A stretch of DNA of 32,000 nt from Bacillus subtilis subsp. subtilis str. 168. Lineage in GTDB: Bacteria > Bacillota > Bacilli > Bacillales > Bacillaceae. The stretch spans positions 270,001-302,000 of the forward strand of contig NC_000964.3 of the NCBI RefSeq assembly GCF_000009045.1, given 5' to 3'. Positions within the stretch are counted from its first letter, which is position 1; the number at the start of each line of letters is the position of its first letter. This document shows, piece by piece, positions 9,059 to 18,652 of the stretch. Both the position numbers and the translations under genes were made by a program. The notes beneath the pieces are model-generated. The model saw only the letters and a list, made by a program, of their open reading frames with translations, was not told where the DNA came from and ran no database searches.

Positions 9059-9994
9059 ATGACAGTGCTATGGGTGGCCGCTGTCATCGCTCTGGCGTGT
9101 CTGAATGTGATTCAATTCATAATGAAAAAGAAGCGGGACGGGAATCTGGCTTACACGGCTGACCAGCTTAGCTACATGCTCAGCCGGGATTCGGCAGGAC
9201 AAATTTTGCTTCCTACAGACGATCATGCGCTCAAAGACTTGCTTGTTAACATCAATCTTATCGTTGAGAATCGTCAGCAGATCAGCGCCCAATTTGCCAA
9301 AACAGAGCAATCCATGAAGCGGATGCTGACCAATATGTCGCACGACCTGAAAACGCCGTTAACGGTCATTCTCGGTTATATTGAAGCCATTCAAAGTGAC
9401 CCGAACATGCCGGACGAAGAGCGGGAAAGATTGCTGGGGAAGCTCCGCCAGAAAACAAATGAACTTATTCAGATGATCAATTCCTTTTTTGATTTAGCGA
9501 AATTAGAATCTGAAGATAAAGAGATCCCGATCACCAAAGTACATATGAACGACATATGCAAACGAAATATCCTGCACTATTATGACGCTGTTCAGTCAAA
9601 AGGCTTTCAAGCAGCCATCGATATCCCCGATACGCCGGTGTATGCGCAGGCGAATGAAGAGGCTCTGGACAGAATCCTGCAAAACCTATTGTCCAATGCG
9701 ATTCAATATGGCGCGGCCGGCAAGTTAATCGGGCTGACGCTGTCTTATGATGAGAGGAACATCGCCATCACCGTATGGGATCGCGGAAAAGGGATTAGTG
9801 AAACCGATCAGCAGCGGGTGTTTGAGAGGCTGTACACACTGGAAGAATCCAGAAATAAAGCATTTCAAGGAAGCGGCTTGGGTTTAACCATCACAAAACG
9901 GCTTACAGAAAAAATGGGAGGCATCATATCCGTCCAAAGCAAGCCGTACGAACGGACTGCATTTACGATCACATTGAAACGCATGACATATTAA
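9059..9994 (+). CDS. ycbM: Sensor histidine kinase
   Basis: HisKA MLTNMSHDLKTPLTVILGYIE; HATPase motifs DRILQNLLSNAIQYG, VWDRGKGIS, GSGLGLTI. Confidence 0.93.
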   Translation: MTVLWVAAVIALACLNVIQFIMKKKRDGNLAYTADQLSYMLSRDSAGQILLPTDDHALKDLLVNINLIVENRQQISAQFAKTEQSMKRMLTNMSHDLKTPLTVILGYIEAIQSDPNMPDEERERLLGKLRQKTNELIQMINSFFDLAKLESEDKEIPITKVHMNDICKRNILHYYDAVQSKGFQAAIDIPDTPVYAQANEEALDRILQNLLSNAIQYGAAGKLIGLTLSYDERNIAITVWDRGKGISETDQQRVFERLYTLEESRNKAFQGSGLGLTITKRLTEKMGGIISVQSKPYERTAFTITLKRMTY

Positions 9995-10085
9995 TCGTAA
10001 GAATTTCTTAAGGTTTGAGAAATAAAAATGACAGGGCTCGCCGCTACAATAGAAAACAGGAAAAGAGAGGGAAGGAGAAACAAAG

Positions 10086-11009
10086 TTGACTTATATCGTA
10101 CAAACAAACGGGCTGACCAAAACATATCAGGGCAAAGAGGTCGTATCCAATGTCAGCATGCATATTAAAAAAGGTGAAATCTATGGCTTTCTCGGCCCGA
10201 ACGGCGCGGGGAAAACAACCATTATGAAAATGCTGACGAGCCTTGTCAAACCGACAAGCGGTGAAATCATCATCCTTGGGAACAAGTTCACCCACACGTC
10301 ATATGAGGTGCTGGGGAACATCGGCAGCATGATTGAATATCCGATTTTTTATGAAAACCTGACAGCTGAAGAAAATTTAGATCTGCATTGTGAATATATG
10401 GGATACCACAATAAAAAAGCCATACAAGAAGTGCTGGATATGGTGAATTTAAAACAAATCGACAAAAAACCCGTCAAAACCTTTTCCCTCGGGATGAAGC
10501 AGCGCCTTGGAATTGCGCGTGCCATCCTCACGAAGCCGGACCTGCTTATTCTGGATGAGCCGGTGAATGGTCTTGACCCTCTCGGCATTAAAAAGATCAG
10601 GCAATTGTTTCAAGTGCTGAGCAAAGAGTACGGGATGACGCTGCTGATCTCAAGCCACCTGCTGGGTGAAATCGAACAAATCGCGGACACAATCGGCGTC
10701 ATTCGGGACGGCAGGCTGCTTGAAGAGGTATCAATGGAGGATGTCAGGGGCCAGAACACTGAATACATCGAGCTTGTCACGCCGAATCAGACAAGGGCCT
10801 GCTTTGTGCTGGAGAAAGAGCTGCAATTAACCAACTTTAAAATATTAAATGAGAAAACGATTCGAATTTACGAGGCTGAAGCCTCTCAGGCTGCCATATC
10901 CAAAGCATTGATTTTAAATGATGTAGACATTGAATCAATGAACAAAAAGTATACGTCGCTGGAGGATTATTTTATCAAATTGATCAACGGCAATAGCATC
11001 AGTGCGTAA
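10086..11009 (+). CDS. ycbN: ABC transporter ATP-binding protein
   Basis: TTG start with SD 'ggaagg'; Walker A GPNGAGKTT, signature SLGMKQRLGIA, Walker B LLILDEP. Confidence 0.92.
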   Translation: MTYIVQTNGLTKTYQGKEVVSNVSMHIKKGEIYGFLGPNGAGKTTIMKMLTSLVKPTSGEIIILGNKFTHTSYEVLGNIGSMIEYPIFYENLTAEENLDLHCEYMGYHNKKAIQEVLDMVNLKQIDKKPVKTFSLGMKQRLGIARAILTKPDLLILDEPVNGLDPLGIKKIRQLFQVLSKEYGMTLLISSHLLGEIEQIADTIGVIRDGRLLEEVSMEDVRGQNTEYIELVTPNQTRACFVLEKELQLTNFKILNEKTIRIYEAEASQAAISKALILNDVDIESMNKKYTSLEDYFIKLINGNSISA

Positions 11010-11027
11010 AGGAGGAGAGACACGTTG

Positions 11028-11714
11028 ATGAATTTGATCAGAATCGAATTAAGAAAAATGAAAATGGGCTGGTATATCAGAGGTGCCCTCATTGCCAACG
11101 TGATCATTATGGGTTTTATGTGGCTGATCAGTTATTCCGAAAAAGCCGATGGCGGGGTTTCGTTCCAAAGTACGGATGAAGCATTCCTCATCATCGGCAC
11201 CTTCGTCAGAGCGGTATTTATCGTATTTGGCGCTGTGCTGATCGTAAAATTGGTGATTTCGGAATATAAAAACAAAACCATTCTTGTGATGTTCACGTAC
11301 CCGATCAGCCGTAAAAAGCTGCTCACCGCTAAGCTCATGATCGCGGGCGGACTGACGTTTATCACGATTTTACTTTCAAATATACTCATAGCCGCCGGTT
11401 TCTTTTGGCTGAACTCGATCTGCCATTTCATACCGGGAGAGCTTACTTCCGAGATCATTTCTCAACAGGCGGTCAAAATGGCGGTTTTCGCTTTTGGCGC
11501 CGCTGGAACCAGTTTAGTTCCCATCTTTTTTGGGATGCGTAGACACTCGGTTCCGGCGACCATCATTTCATCTGTAGTAATTGTGATGCTCATCAGCTCA
11601 ACAAGTCCGGGCTTCTCGATTTCATCTGTTGTGTATATCCCGTTATCGTTAGCGGCATTCGGTTTGTTCTTTTCCTACATGGCGATCAGGAATGCGGACA
11701 AGCAGGATGCGTAA
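11028..11714 (+). CDS. ycbO: ABC transporter permease
   Basis: Membrane protein; SD 'ggaggag' at 11011-11017. ATG 11028 chosen over TTG 11025. Confidence 0.87.
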   Translation: MNLIRIELRKMKMGWYIRGALIANVIIMGFMWLISYSEKADGGVSFQSTDEAFLIIGTFVRAVFIVFGAVLIVKLVISEYKNKTILVMFTYPISRKKLLTAKLMIAGGLTFITILLSNILIAAGFFWLNSICHFIPGELTSEIISQQAVKMAVFAFGAAGTSLVPIFFGMRRHSVPATIISSVVIVMLISSTSPGFSISSVVYIPLSLAAFGLFFSYMAIRNADKQDA

Positions 11715-11736
11715 ACAAAGGCGCCCAATATGTATA

Positions 11737-11770
11737 AAAGGCCGATGCTGTCAGCACCGGCCTTTCCATT
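11737..11770 (+). terminator. Terminator after ycbO, in the convergent gap before ycbP
   Basis: AAAGGCCGaTGCTG / CAGCAcCGGCCTTT near-perfect stem. Confidence 0.6.
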
Positions 11771-12155
11771 ATGAGTCTGTTCTTGTTTCAAGATAATGCT
11801 TCTTGCCAATCTCTTTGCTCATCATATAGAAATGGAAGCAATATTCACCGATTGCCATGACGATCGCGCCGAATAAAGCCGCCAATGCAACTTCACCGCC
11901 AGTCATCCCCATAGAAAGCGGCATGCCCATCAGCCAGATCACGAGAAAGGCCAAACCAAAATCAGCCAAAGTTGCAATCATATTATTCCATTTCGGCAAT
12001 ACATAAAGATCGCCCAGCAAATAAGAAATAACCCCTAACACAATCGTCATTAGCAGCGTATCACCAAACGTGAAACCAAAGCCCAGACCAAGCACCAGAT
12101 ACAACACAATAATCGTCATAATACCTTTAATAGCGAGCGCTTTCACATGTGTCAT
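11769..12155 (-). CDS. ycbP: DUF2512-family small membrane protein
   Basis: 128 aa from the internal ATG ([11 protein letters not shown]...), preceded by 'aaaggagg' on the minus strand; the longer ORF to 12176 would start upstream of the SD. Confidence 0.85.
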
Positions 12156-12468
12156 TACAATTCCTCCTTTTGTCATTTGATTTGTTATGTATAATTCCTC
12201 AAATGTAAAAAGTTAAACCTTATTTCTTTTCGGAGGCGGGTGCAAATCTGCTGGGGAGAGGTCAATGATGTGAATCCAGGAATTGAGGCTGCGGCGCTTC
12301 GACAGCGGAAACGTGAAGCTTGTACTGCACCGGACGCTGCTTTGATGCCCAACAGCCCATTATGTTTGCTGTTTTTAGATGAATAAATTTAAAAACTTCT
12401 CCTGTCCCTCCGTCATCACTTCTGAAGTAATGAAATATGATGAAAAGAGATCAAGGGGAGGTGACGTG

Positions 12469-12897
12469 ATGGCGGTCGTGAGAGCAACGAGTGCGGATGT
12501 CGATTTGATGGCAAGGCTGCTCAGAGCGGAAGCGGAAGGCGAAGGCAAGCAGGGGATGCTGCTTGTCGGCAACGTTGGAATTAATCGGCTGCGGGCGAAT
12601 TGCTCAGATTTTAAAGGCCTCCGCACCATCAGGCAGATGATTTATCAGCCACACGCGTTTGAGGCTGTGACTCATGGATATTTTTATCAAAGGGCGCGAG
12701 ATAGCGAGCGTGCCCTTGCACGCCGGTCGATTAATGGTGAAAGGCGCTGGCCTGCAAAATTTAGTTTATGGTACTTCAGGCCGCAGGGGGACTGTCCAGC
12801 CCAGTGGTATAACCAGCCGTTTGTGGCCAGATTTAAGTCACACTGCTTTTATCAGCCGACGGCGGAGACGTGTGAAAATGTATATAACACATTTTAG
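12469..12897 (+). CDS. cwlJ: Spore cortex-lytic cell wall hydrolase CwlJ
   Basis: 142 aa hydrolase_2 family (MLLVGNVGINRLRANCSDF...); ATG at 12469 preceded by 'aggggaggtgacg'. The track ORF begins at 12379 but the SD supports 12469. Confidence 0.93.
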   Translation: MAVVRATSADVDLMARLLRAEAEGEGKQGMLLVGNVGINRLRANCSDFKGLRTIRQMIYQPHAFEAVTHGYFYQRARDSERALARRSINGERRWPAKFSLWYFRPQGDCPAQWYNQPFVARFKSHCFYQPTAETCENVYNTF

Positions 12898-12904
12898 AGA
12901 CAGG

Positions 12905-12931
12905 ACACCGTTCAAATTGAACGGTGTTTTT
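12905..12931 (+). terminator. Terminator after cwlJ
   Basis: ACACCGTTCAA / TTGAACGGTGT followed by TTTTT. Confidence 0.85.
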
Positions 12932-13002
12932 CTTTGAAAAGATGCAATGCAAAATATTCCTGTGAGATAATCAAAGAAAAAAGAGCTGACGGAGATGACA
13001 GA

Positions 13003-13734
13003 ATGGCAACAATTGACCTGCAAAAGAAAAGTGTAAAGATCGTACTGGAGAAAAAGCAGTTAACGAAGGTGACGGCTCGTGTTGGACTGGTTCTTGATAT
13101 TACGGGATCGATGAGACCGCTCTACAAAAACGGGACGGTTCAAAATGTGGTGGAGCGGATTTTGGCAGTGGCTGATCAGTTTGATGATAACGGTTTGCTG
13201 GATGTATGGGTGTATGATAATGAATTTTCCCGATTAAAGCCAGTTTCAGAAAAGGATTTTTCGGGCTATGTCGATCGTGAAATTTTAAATAATGACCGCT
13301 TGCATAAATTCGGCAGAAATGATGAGCCGCCAGTCATGAAGGACGTGCTGCGCAAATATGTTACGGAGGAACCGAGCTCGTATCCTGCTTTCATTGTTTT
13401 TATCAATGACGGGGGCTGTAAAAAGTCAATCAAACCGATAATTGAAGCTTCTTCTGATAAACCGGTGTTCTGGCAGTTTGTCGGCATCGGAAACGGAAAC
13501 TTTGATTTTCTCAATAAACTGGATACGTTAGAAGGGCGTGTCATTGATAACACGAACTTCCTGCATATCGAAGAGATTGACCGCATTTCTGATGATGAGC
13601 TTTATGATGCTCTGCTTGCTGAATTTCCATTTTGGCTGAAAGAAGCGAAGGAAAAAGGGATTGTAAGAGAACAAGAGCCTCCTGCTGAAAAGCCGAAAAA
13701 GAAGGGCTTTTTCAGCAGATTGTTTTCGAAATAA
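13003..13734 (+). CDS. ycbR: vWA-domain protein, tellurium-resistance (TerF-like) family
   Basis: MATIDLQKKSVKIVLEKK, then VGLVLDITGSMRPLYKNG (MIDAS-like DxTGS). Start 13003 chosen with 'ggag' SD. Confidence 0.82.
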   Translation: MATIDLQKKSVKIVLEKKQLTKVTARVGLVLDITGSMRPLYKNGTVQNVVERILAVADQFDDNGLLDVWVYDNEFSRLKPVSEKDFSGYVDREILNNDRLHKFGRNDEPPVMKDVLRKYVTEEPSSYPAFIVFINDGGCKKSIKPIIEASSDKPVFWQFVGIGNGNFDFLNKLDTLEGRVIDNTNFLHIEEIDRISDDELYDALLAEFPFWLKEAKEKGIVREQEPPAEKPKKKGFFSRLFSK

Positions 13735-13743
13735 CTGATAAAG

Positions 13744-13790
13744 AGCACTGAGTCATTCTGCGAAATGGCTCGGTGTTTTTGTTTTTTTAA
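13744..13790 (+). terminator. Terminator after ycbR
   Basis: GCACTGAGTCA / TGGCTCGGTGT stem plus T-rich run. Confidence 0.7.
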
Positions 13791-13925
13791 GATCATGTGA
13801 AGAAAAATAGGCCGAATGGGCGGCTTGCAAACGACAGGATATGCAGAAAACGCGTCATTCAGCCAGCTTTCGGCATGTTTCAGCAGCAGGCTTGTGAGGG
13901 AAGACCTGTTTTTAATGTTCAGCGC

Positions 13926-13962
13926 TTACAATCAGTTCACACTTCTTCACAGTCGTTTAACA
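13926..13962 (+). promoter_or_regulatory. Pho box (PhoP binding repeats) upstream of phoD
   Basis: TTACAA, TTCACA, TTCACA, TTAACA at 10-11 bp intervals (13926, 13936, 13946, 13957), followed by TATAAT at 13972-13977. Confidence 0.8.
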
Positions 13963-14010
13963 ATGATTTCCTATAATGGAGACGATCAATGAGGAGAGAG
14001 GGGATCTTGA

Positions 14011-15762
14011 ATGGCATACGACAGTCGTTTTGATGAATGGGTACAGAAACTGAAAGAGGAAAGCTTTCAAAACAATACGTTTGACCGCCGCAAATTTATT
14101 CAAGGAGCGGGGAAGATTGCAGGACTTTCTCTTGGATTAACGATTGCCCAGTCGGTTGGGGCCTTTGAAGTAAATGCTGCGCCTAACTTCTCAAGCTATC
14201 CGTTTACATTAGGGGTAGCGTCAGGTGATCCGCTTTCTGACAGTGTCGTGCTTTGGACACGTCTGGCACCAGATCCGCTGAATGGCGGGGGAATGCCGAA
14301 GCAAGCAGTGCCTGTCAAATGGGAGGTCGCAAAGGATGAGCATTTCCGCAAAATCGTAAGAAAAGGCACTGAAATGGCTAAACCAAGTCTTGCCCATTCC
14401 GTTCATGTGGAAGCGGACGGGCTTGAGCCAAACAAAGTGTACTATTACCGTTTCAAAACCGGCCATGAACTAAGCCCTGTCGGAAAAACAAAAACACTGC
14501 CTGCCCCTGGCGCCAATGTGCCGCAAATGACCTTTGCATTTGCTTCCTGCCAGCAATATGAGCACGGATATTATACGGCCTACAAGCATATGGCAAAGGA
14601 AAAGCTTGATCTTGTCTTCCATCTCGGTGATTACATATATGAATACGGCCCAAATGAATATGTATCAAAAACAGGCAATGTCCGCACGCACAACAGCGCG
14701 GAAATCATTACGCTGCAAGACTATCGGAACCGTCACGCTCAATACCGTTCTGACGCCAATCTTAAAGCTGCACATGCGGCATTCCCTTGGGTTGTAACTT
14801 GGGATGACCATGAAGTTGAAAACAACTATGCCAATAAAATACCTGAAAAAGGACAGTCGGTTGAAGCATTCGTGCTCCGCCGCGCGGCAGCATACCAGGC
14901 ATACTATGAACATATGCCGCTCCGCATTTCCTCTTTGCCGAATGGCCCAGATATGCAGCTGTACCGGCACTTTACGTACGGAAACCTGGCGTCCTTCAAT
15001 GTGCTTGATACCCGCCAGTACAGGGACGACCAAGCCAATAACGACGGCAATAAGCCGCCTTCTGATGAATCGCGCAATCCGAATCGGACTCTGCTTGGAA
15101 AAGAACAGGAGCAGTGGCTCTTCAACAATTTGGGCAGCTCGACAGCCCACTGGAATGTGCTGGCGCAGCAGATTTTCTTTGCCAAGTGGAATTTCGGGAC
15201 AAGCGCAAGCCCGATCTACAGCATGGATTCGTGGGACGGCTACCCGGCTCAGCGCGAACGGGTTATCAATTTCATTAAAAGCAAAAATCTGAATAATGTT
15301 GTCGTACTGACAGGTGATGTACACGCAAGCTGGGCATCGAATTTGCATGTCGATTTCGAGAAGACAAGTTCAAAAATATTCGGAGCCGAATTTGTTGGAA
15401 CCTCGATCACTTCCGGAGGGAACGGAGCGGATAAGCGAGCGGATACGGACCAAATTTTAAAAGAAAATCCGCACATCCAGTTCTTTAACGACTATCGCGG
15501 ATATGTCCGCTGTACAGTGACGCCTCACCAGTGGAAAGCCGATTATCGGGTGATGCCATTTGTGACCGAGCCGGGCGCAGCCATTTCCACGCGGGCTTCA
15601 TTCGTTTACCAGAAAGACCAAACCGGGTTGAGAAAGGTATCATCCACAACAATCCAAGGCGGGGTGAAGCAATCCGATGAGGTCGAAGAGGATCGTTTCT
15701 TTTCGCACAACAAAGCCCACGAAAAACAAATGATTAAGAAGCGTGCAAAAATCACGAATTAA
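14011..15762 (+). CDS. phoD: Phosphodiesterase/alkaline phosphatase D, Tat-exported
   Basis: 583 aa; twin-arginine signal FDRRKFIQGAGKIAGLSLGL; PhoD metallophosphatase motifs; Pho box upstream. Confidence 0.96.
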   Translation: MAYDSRFDEWVQKLKEESFQNNTFDRRKFIQGAGKIAGLSLGLTIAQSVGAFEVNAAPNFSSYPFTLGVASGDPLSDSVVLWTRLAPDPLNGGGMPKQAVPVKWEVAKDEHFRKIVRKGTEMAKPSLAHSVHVEADGLEPNKVYYYRFKTGHELSPVGKTKTLPAPGANVPQMTFAFASCQQYEHGYYTAYKHMAKEKLDLVFHLGDYIYEYGPNEYVSKTGNVRTHNSAEIITLQDYRNRHAQYRSDANLKAAHAAFPWVVTWDDHEVENNYANKIPEKGQSVEAFVLRRAAAYQAYYEHMPLRISSLPNGPDMQLYRHFTYGNLASFNVLDTRQYRDDQANNDGNKPPSDESRNPNRTLLGKEQEQWLFNNLGSSTAHWNVLAQQIFFAKWNFGTSASPIYSMDSWDGYPAQRERVINFIKSKNLNNVVVLTGDVHASWASNLHVDFEKTSSKIFGAEFVGTSITSGGNGADKRADTDQILKENPHIQFFNDYRGYVRCTVTPHQWKADYRVMPFVTEPGAAISTRASFVYQKDQTGLRKVSSTTIQGGVKQSDEVEEDRFFSHNKAHEKQMIKKRAKITN

Positions 15763-15774
15763 GGAGTGGAAATT

Positions 15775-15987
15775 ATGTTTTCAAACATTGGAATACCGGG
15801 CTTGATTCTCATCTTCGTCATCGCCCTCATTATTTTTGGCCCTTCCAAGCTGCCGGAAATCGGGCGTGCCGCCGGACGGACACTGCTGGAATTTAAAAGC
15901 GCCACAAAATCACTTGTGTCTGGTGATGAAAAAGAAGAGAAATCAGCTGAGCTGACAGCGGTAAAGCAGGACAAAAACGCGGGCTGA
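15775..15987 (+). CDS. tatAD: Twin-arginine translocase subunit TatA
   Basis: 70 aa [37 protein letters not shown]; SD 'aaggag' supports ATG 15775. Confidence 0.95.
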
Positions 15988-15996
15988 ATGCTGATG

Positions 15997-16026
15997 AGGC
16001 AGACACCGGGTCTGCCTCTTTTTTTA
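15997..16026 (+). terminator. Terminator-like hairpin between tatAD and tatCD
   Basis: AGGCAGAC-(accgg)-GTCTGCCT followed by a CTTTTTTTT tract. Confidence 0.8.
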
Positions 16027-16047
16027 TGAAAGGGAGGGCTTTTTTGA

Positions 16048-16776
16048 ATGGATAAAAAAGAAACCCATCTGATCGGGCATTTAGAAGAGCTTCGCCGCCG
16101 GATTATCGTCACCCTTGCGGCATTTTTTCTATTTCTCATCACGGCTTTTTTGTTCGTACAGGACATTTATGACTGGCTGATCAGGGATTTGGATGGAAAG
16201 CTGGCTGTGCTAGGACCGAGTGAAATCCTCTGGGTGTATATGATGCTTTCCGGCATTTGTGCCATTGCGGCTTCTATCCCTGTTGCCGCGTACCAGCTGT
16301 GGCGTTTCGTTGCACCGGCGCTGACTAAAACGGAGCGCAAGGTGACGCTCATGTACATACCAGGTTTATTTGCGTTGTTTTTGGCGGGCATCTCCTTCGG
16401 ATACTTTGTCTTGTTTCCGATCGTGCTCAGCTTTTTGACTCATTTATCCTCCGGCCACTTTGAAACGATGTTTACGGCTGACCGCTACTTTAGGTTTATG
16501 GTGAATTTGAGCCTGCCGTTCGGCTTCTTGTTTGAGATGCCCTTGGTGGTGATGTTTTTAACAAGGCTGGGCATCTTAAATCCTTACAGACTGGCCAAAG
16601 CGAGAAAGCTTTCCTATTTTCTGCTGATTGTCGTGTCCATATTGATTACACCGCCTGATTTTATTTCTGATTTTCTCGTGATGATCCCGCTTCTTGTCCT
16701 GTTTGAAGTGAGTGTCACCCTATCGGCGTTTGTCTACAAAAAGAGGATGAGGGAAGAAACAGCGGCGGCCGCTTAG
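16048..16776 (+). CDS. tatCD: Twin-arginine translocase subunit TatC
   Basis: 242 aa; HLEELRRRIIVTL and six TM segments. Confidence 0.96.
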   Translation: MDKKETHLIGHLEELRRRIIVTLAAFFLFLITAFLFVQDIYDWLIRDLDGKLAVLGPSEILWVYMMLSGICAIAASIPVAAYQLWRFVAPALTKTERKVTLMYIPGLFALFLAGISFGYFVLFPIVLSFLTHLSSGHFETMFTADRYFRFMVNLSLPFGFLFEMPLVVMFLTRLGILNPYRLAKARKLSYFLLIVVSILITPPDFISDFLVMIPLLVLFEVSVTLSAFVYKKRMREETAAAA

Positions 16777-17420
16777 TGCAGCGTACCACCCGGTGACTTC
16801 ACATCCTCATCATATTGTGCGGCCGTAACAGCGGCGATTCTCAATGCCCGGACAATCGTGTCCAGGCTGAGGCTCGGCGCTGTTTTGTCGATTGTTTGCT
16901 GCGGAATGTAAGGAATATGAATAAAACCGCCGCGAATGTGTGGGGATGTCCGGCTAATGTGATCCATTAACCCGTAGAACAAATAGTTGCATACAAAGGT
17001 CCCCGCTGTGTAGGAAACCGCAGCTGGAATGCCGTGTTCCTTCATCTTAGCAGTCATTCGTTTCACGGGAAGCCTTGTCCAGTAAGCGGCGGGCCCATCT
17101 GGAGAAATCTCTTCATCAATCGGCTGATGTCCTTCGTTATCGGGGATTCGCGCATCTGCAAGGTTGATTGCCACTCGTTCCGGTGTAATCTGCATCCGTC
17201 CTCCTGCTTGGCCGACACAAATTACGATATCTGGCTGATGTTTTTGAATGGCTTGGCGCAGAGTGTCCAGAGCGGATCTAAAGACGGTTGGAATTTGTTC
17301 CGCTGTAATAATGGCTTCTTCTGTCTCGAAGCCATTAAGCCGTTTCGCCGCTTCCCATGATGGATTGACGGTTTCTTTGTCAAAAGGGTCAAAGCCTGTG
17401 ATCAGCACTTTTTTTCTCAT
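16773..17420 (-). CDS. pcp: Pyrrolidone-carboxylate peptidase
   Basis: 215 aa; VLITGFDPFDKETVNPSWEA, GQAGGRMQITPERVA, GTFVCNYLFY. Confidence 0.95.
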   Translation of the reverse strand: MRKKVLITGFDPFDKETVNPSWEAAKRLNGFETEEAIITAEQIPTVFRSALDTLRQAIQKHQPDIVICVGQAGGRMQITPERVAINLADARIPDNEGHQPIDEEISPDGPAAYWTRLPVKRMTAKMKEHGIPAAVSYTAGTFVCNYLFYGLMDHISRTSPHIRGGFIHIPYIPQQTIDKTAPSLSLDTIVRALRIAAVTAAQYDEDVKSPGGTLH

Positions 17421-17498
17421 TCTCCCATCTCCTTTTTCTTTTATTCTATTGTTTATTTATGGGTTTTTCATCAAAATAATGTAAAGGAGTGAATCATA

Positions 17499-18611
17499 AT
17501 GGAGCATTTGCCGGAGCAGTATCGCCAGTTATTCCCAACCTTGCAGACGCATACGATGCTTGCCAGCTGTTCTCAGAGCGCATTGGCAGAGCCTGTATCA
17601 AGGGCGATCCAGGATTATTATGATAGCCTGCTGTATAAAGGGACGAACTGGAAAGAAGCGATTGAAAAAACAGAGTTTGCGAGAAACGAGTTTGCAAAGC
17701 TGATCGGGGCTGAACCGGATGAAGTGGCGATTGTGCCGTCAGTTTCTGATGCACTGGTTTCTGTAGCATCGTCCTTAACTGCATTTGGAAAGAAGCACGT
17801 TGTATATACAGATATGGATTTTCCGGCGGTGCCTCATGTTTGGCAGGCACACTCCGATTATACCGTATCCGTCATTCCATCAATAGACGGCGTGCTGCCG
17901 CTTGAACAATATGAAACGCATATTTCGGATGAAACAGTACTGACGTGTGTTCCTCACGTTCATTATCGTGACGGCTATGTTCAGGATATAAAAGCGATTG
18001 CCGAGATTTCTCAGAGAAAGGGCTCTTTATTGTTTGTAGATGCTTATCAATCAGCCGGGCATATTCCCATTGATGTGAAGGAATGGGGCGTAGATATGCT
18101 GGCAGCAGGCACCCGGAAGTATTTGCTCGGCATACCGGGTGTGGCGTTTCTTTATGTGAGAAAGGAGCTGGCTGACGCACTGAAGCCGAAAGCATCAGCT
18201 TGGTTCGGAAGAGAGAGCGGATTTGATGGGGCTTATGCAAAAGTCGCGCGCCGTTTTCAAACGGGCACCCCAGCTTTTATCAGCGTATACGCAGCTGCAG
18301 CGGCTTTATCGCTGCTGAATCATATTGGGGTTTCTCATATCAGGGATCATGTGAAAACGATCTGTGCCGATGCAGTTCAATATGCCGCTGAAAAAGGCCT
18401 GCAGCTGGCGGCGGCACAAGGTGGGATTCAGCCGGGCATGGTTGCGATCCGGGATGAGCGGGCATCGGAAACGGCGGGGTTGCTGAAGAAGAAAAAAGTG
18501 ATTTGCGCGCCGCGGGAAAATGTTATCCGTCTCGCTCCCCATTTTTATAATACGAAGGAGGAAATGCGGCACGCGATTGATGAAATCGCGGCGAAAACGA
18601 TCCACAAGTAA
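17499..18611 (+). CDS. ycbU: Class V aminotransferase (cysteine-desulfurase-like), PLP-dependent
   Basis: 370 aa; LLFVDAYQSAGHIPIDVKEWGVDMLAAGTRKYLLG contains the PLP-lysine region. Confidence 0.87.
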   Translation: MEHLPEQYRQLFPTLQTHTMLASCSQSALAEPVSRAIQDYYDSLLYKGTNWKEAIEKTEFARNEFAKLIGAEPDEVAIVPSVSDALVSVASSLTAFGKKHVVYTDMDFPAVPHVWQAHSDYTVSVIPSIDGVLPLEQYETHISDETVLTCVPHVHYRDGYVQDIKAIAEISQRKGSLLFVDAYQSAGHIPIDVKEWGVDMLAAGTRKYLLGIPGVAFLYVRKELADALKPKASAWFGRESGFDGAYAKVARRFQTGTPAFISVYAAAAALSLLNHIGVSHIRDHVKTICADAVQYAAEKGLQLAAAQGGIQPGMVAIRDERASETAGLLKKKKVICAPRENVIRLAPHFYNTKEEMRHAIDEIAAKTIHK

Positions 18612-18616
18612 ACATG

Positions 18617-18648
18617 AAAAAGCCCCTGAACACTAGTCAGGGGCTTTT
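18617..18648. terminator. Bidirectional terminator between ycbU and lmrB (convergent)
   Basis: AAAAGCCCCTGA ... TCAGGGGCTTT. Confidence 0.85.
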
Positions 18649-18652
18649 CATA

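Noticed and set aside
12379-12468. N-terminal extension of cwlJ (MNKFKNFSCPSVITSEVMKY...)
   Set aside because: The strong 'aggggaggtgacg' SD precedes ATG 12469 and the CwlJ family begins at MAVVRATSADV; the extension is a chance open frame.
14665-15348. 227-aa minus-strand ORF opposite phoD
   Set aside because: Antisense to phoD, no domain resemblance or SD.
17034-17360. 108-aa plus-strand ORF opposite pcp
   Set aside because: Antisense to a clear pyrrolidone-carboxylate peptidase gene; no supporting signals.
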